Both the position numbers and the translations under genes were made by a program. Below are positions 35,914-38,579 of a stretch of 38,579 bases of DNA, piece after piece (within the stretch, counting starts at the first letter, position 1; the number at the start of each line of letters is the position of its first letter). The notes under the pieces are model-generated. The model was not told the DNA's origin. It worked only from the letters and a program-made list of their open reading frames with translations, and did not search any database. This DNA comes from Toensbergia leucococca (Eukaryota), in contig JALDZS010000077.1 of the NCBI GenBank assembly GCA_022813965.1, positions 62,001 through 100,579 of the forward strand. The letters run 5' to 3'.

Positions 35914-37054
35914 TCAATCAATATCTACAGCAGGCGGTGCAGCAGCTTCCACTTTTTTTGGCTTCGGCGTTGAAGGCTTGGGCGAACCACCTCCTCCACC
36001 AAAGAGCATGCTTCCCATCATGTCGAACAGAGGATTTCCTTGCCTCGGTATTCTAATTCCAAAATACATCTCGCCAATCTGCGCCAAAGCATCGTCCCAT
36101 GCGCCGAGTTCCTTGATATATGGTGTATAATGCTTCACAAGCTGCCGGTATAAATCTCCGCTGCCTCGCTGTATGGCTAGAAGCAGAAGACCAAGAAAGT
36201 TCAGGAGCGGCAAAGATGGATAAACGCGCATATCAGAGCTTTTGCTACTGACTTCTTGCACAGCAAGCGATTTGTTGCAGGCGCTGAGGCGGGATGTGAA
36301 AATGAGGTACGCTTTATTAGCGGAGCGCAGATTACTAGTCAACAGATACGGGAAGACGGCACGCGCGGCGTACAGAGCAGCAGTATGAGAGTCGTCTTGG
36401 GTATACCAGTCGTATTCAAGACGGGCAAGCTGTTCGGGCGAGTCTTTAGTACCGAGGGCAAGATGGCGCTCCGCATCATAAGGCTCGCATTCTGTTGGTC
36501 TTAGCTATATCTTGATAAAGCGAGTGGTTTCATACCTTCAGCATACAAAGTGCCTGCAACATGGTGTAGCTCCGGGTCACCATTTTGAAACTCCCCGAAA
36601 CTACTTGACCACCCAATCAGCTCTCCAACAAATCTCTTCTTGGTAGGCTCCTCCACTGGGAAGGCTCTCAGCAGCGTTATGAGTTTCCCTATAACAAGTC
36701 ATAAGCATCTGTCTTCTGTCAAGCCAGGCTCCTTCTAACCTTTGTTCGCGGCATCAGGCTTAAGCTCTGCTTTATTATAAACATCGACGAGATACAAGCA
36801 TAAATCTCCGCCGCTCCCTCCTTGCCCGGCCTTTAGAAGCGCCTGCGCACCACCAAAGAGGATGTCTATGGCGGCAGTCCAGTTCTCCTGCTTGACATAG
36901 CGGGAGGCAACGACTCGGAGCTGCTGGTGGGCTTCGTAGTATTGGCCTTCTGCAATTCTGTCGAGAGATTAGGCCTGGATCTTGAGATTACCAAAAGCGC
37001 AAAGACTGACTTCTCTTGCTGCCTTGCTATGGTCTTCTCGATTTTGGACGCCAT
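35914..37054 (-). CDS. GET4: Golgi-to-ER traffic protein 4 (DUF410)
   Basis: MASKIEKTIARQQEK|IAEGQYYEAHQQLRVVASRY, GQGGSGGDL, GDPELHHVAG, YDAERHLALG, PLLNFLGLLL and IGEMYFGIRIP...NPLFDMMGSML. Confidence 0.92.
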
Positions 37055-37311
37055 GACATGAAAGGTTATTCTAGCTGAAGCCGATGATACGATATTCGAG
37101 ATGTCAACGATCATGATATGTCGAGGATTCGCTTATTTTACTCAGTGCATGATGGCGTCACATCATCACAACTCAATTTCTGCCACTTCGCACACCGTAC
37201 GGAGTAACCGCGATTGTGATTCCCAGTGTCAGCCAGCTTTAACATTCACGCAAATTGAGAATCAAAATCTGAACAAAGAAAGAGTCGGTTGTTACTTCAG
37301 GACTGAAAAGT

Positions 37312-37316
37312 AAAAA
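37312..37316 (-). terminator. Pol III oligo-T terminator of the tRNA-Gly
   Basis: TTTTT on the minus strand, 7 nt after the discriminator base. Confidence 0.75.
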
Positions 37317-37323
37317 GCGAACC

Positions 37324-37406
37324 TGCATTTCCGGGGACTCGAACCCCGCTCTCGGGCAAATCAAACTGATGGGAAGCCCGAATTCTAACCCCTGAACTAG
37401 AAATGC
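37324..37406 (-). tRNA. tRNA-Gly (anticodon CCC) with an 11-nt intron (37369-37359)
   Basis: GCATTTC/GAAATGC acceptor stem, D arm GTTC/GAAT, anticodon stem CGGGC/GCCCG with loop TT-CCC-A[intron]T, and T arm CGGGG-TTCGAGT-CCCCG. Mature length is 72 nt. Confidence 0.93.
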
Positions 37407-37409
37407 ATT

Positions 37410-38579
37410 ATTGTAAGGCCGATTTATGTTTAATTATATAGTCTTCAAATTTGTATGCAGGCCCTGACCACATGAGTGCCTTAGAGGAGTTATATGAGAG
37501 GTTTGAGCGATAATTTTACAAGATATTAACAGTCAAAGGTATCAGCATTGTCAACTGTTAAACCGTAAAAGATATCTTTGAAAATGTGAACGCATTTTCA
37601 TGACAATGTTATAATGATAATAGCGATCATCAAGCATAGCGTCTGTATGTGTTGTGCGCTTTCAAGTAACAATGATGCTATTGTAGATCTGTTCTCTCAA
37701 TAACAACGTGCAATGAAGAGCACGCTGTCAACATAACAGCATGATTTATTATCAATGTATGACAGTCACAGCGTTGTAGCTTACTACGCTTGATCTGACA
37801 ACAGTAAGATCACCGTTGTTAGAGATTACATCGCAATAAAGAATTTTCTCATTTTTAAACAGTTCTTAGAATGACTACGTTGCTACATCAAAATCTAGTA
37901 AAGACAACTACATTATGTCACACACACTGTGAACAGTTTTCAAGCTGCACTAAATTATCACAATAATCTCAATTGTCTACTGTTGTTTCTCATTTTTAAG
38001 TATTCTATCTTATCTATATCAATAAACAAAATCATGTGCAATTAAGACAGCACACAATGAAGAATACAGACAACACACAAATGACATGCAATAAAGAAGG
38101 TAGATAGATAACATGCAAATGACGCGCAATAGAGAAGTTAGACAACATGCAATAGAGAAGGTAAATGACACGCAATAGATAGATGACCCGCAATAGATAG
38201 ATGGCACGCAATAGATAGATGACACGCAATAGATAGATGGCACGCAATAGATAGATGACACGCAATAGATAGATGACACGCAATAGATAGATGACACGCA
38301 ATAGATAGATGGCCCGCAATAGAGAAGGTAGATAGATGGCACGCAATAGATAGATGGCCCGCAATAGAGAAGGTAGATAGATGGCACGCAATAGATAGAT
38401 GACCCGCAATAGATAGATGGCGCGCAATAGATAGATGACACACAATAGATAGATGGCGCGCAATAGAGAAGGTAGATGAAATTGAGTAAAGAGATGAAGC
38501 GCAGAAACTTGAATGAGTAAATGAATTAAGTGAATGAATTGAACAGTCTACCTACATCAGATTGTTTAATCATTGAACT
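37410..38579. other. AT-rich gene-free block, possibly a degenerate repeat or transposon relic
   Basis: Visible drop in GC right after the tRNA, no credible ORF, a 14-bp direct repeat TTTCTCATTTTTAA (37845-37858 and 37986-37999), and the minisatellite. Confidence 0.4.
38086..38478. repeat. Minisatellite: 18-bp GCAATAGATAGATGRCVC units with 27-bp variants
   Basis: 13 x 18-bp and 2 x 27-bp units from 38172 to 38459, a partial unit to 38478, and degenerate copies from 38086 to 38171. Confidence 0.92.

Noticed and set aside
38019..38463. Three overlapping minus-strand ORFs (Cys-rich or hydrophobic repeat proteins)
   Set aside because: Openness of all three frames follows from the repeat's composition and unit lengths in multiples of 3. 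There is no independent coding evidence.
38172..38478. CRISPR-like array
   Set aside because: Units are head-to-tail with no unique spacers, there are no cas genes, and the context is eukaryotic.

Overview
Gene-dense, intron-rich eukaryotic DNA from a filamentous ascomycete (Pezizomycotina; a lichen-forming Lecanoromycete is a guess). Splicing by eye gives about 19 intact housekeeping genes: a partial DUF2015/UPF0357 gene, SF3B4/HSH49, TOM7, an FLX1-like carrier, TUP1/rco-1, an AZF1-like C2H2 factor, ERG3, CBP80/STO1, GSK3, TOM40, a PFK2/FBPase-2-like gene, URM1, ELP2, CAF16, MOD5, RAI1, a small hypothetical gene and GET4. There is also one probable pseudogene with an in-frame TGA, an intron-containing tRNA-Gly(CCC), and an AT-rich right end with an 18/27-bp minisatellite. 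The top observation is a spliced URM1 gene that the ORF track misses. It lies head-to-head (270 bp) with ELP2, with MOD5 about 1.4 kb past the end of ELP2, so three tRNA anticodon-loop modification genes sit within 6 kb. Other points are two GC-AG introns, an 8-nt micro-exon, overlapping uORFs, a dual-AUG MOD5 and a recurrent TACG(G)AGTA promoter motif. All gene names come from recognising motifs from memory. No database search was run.
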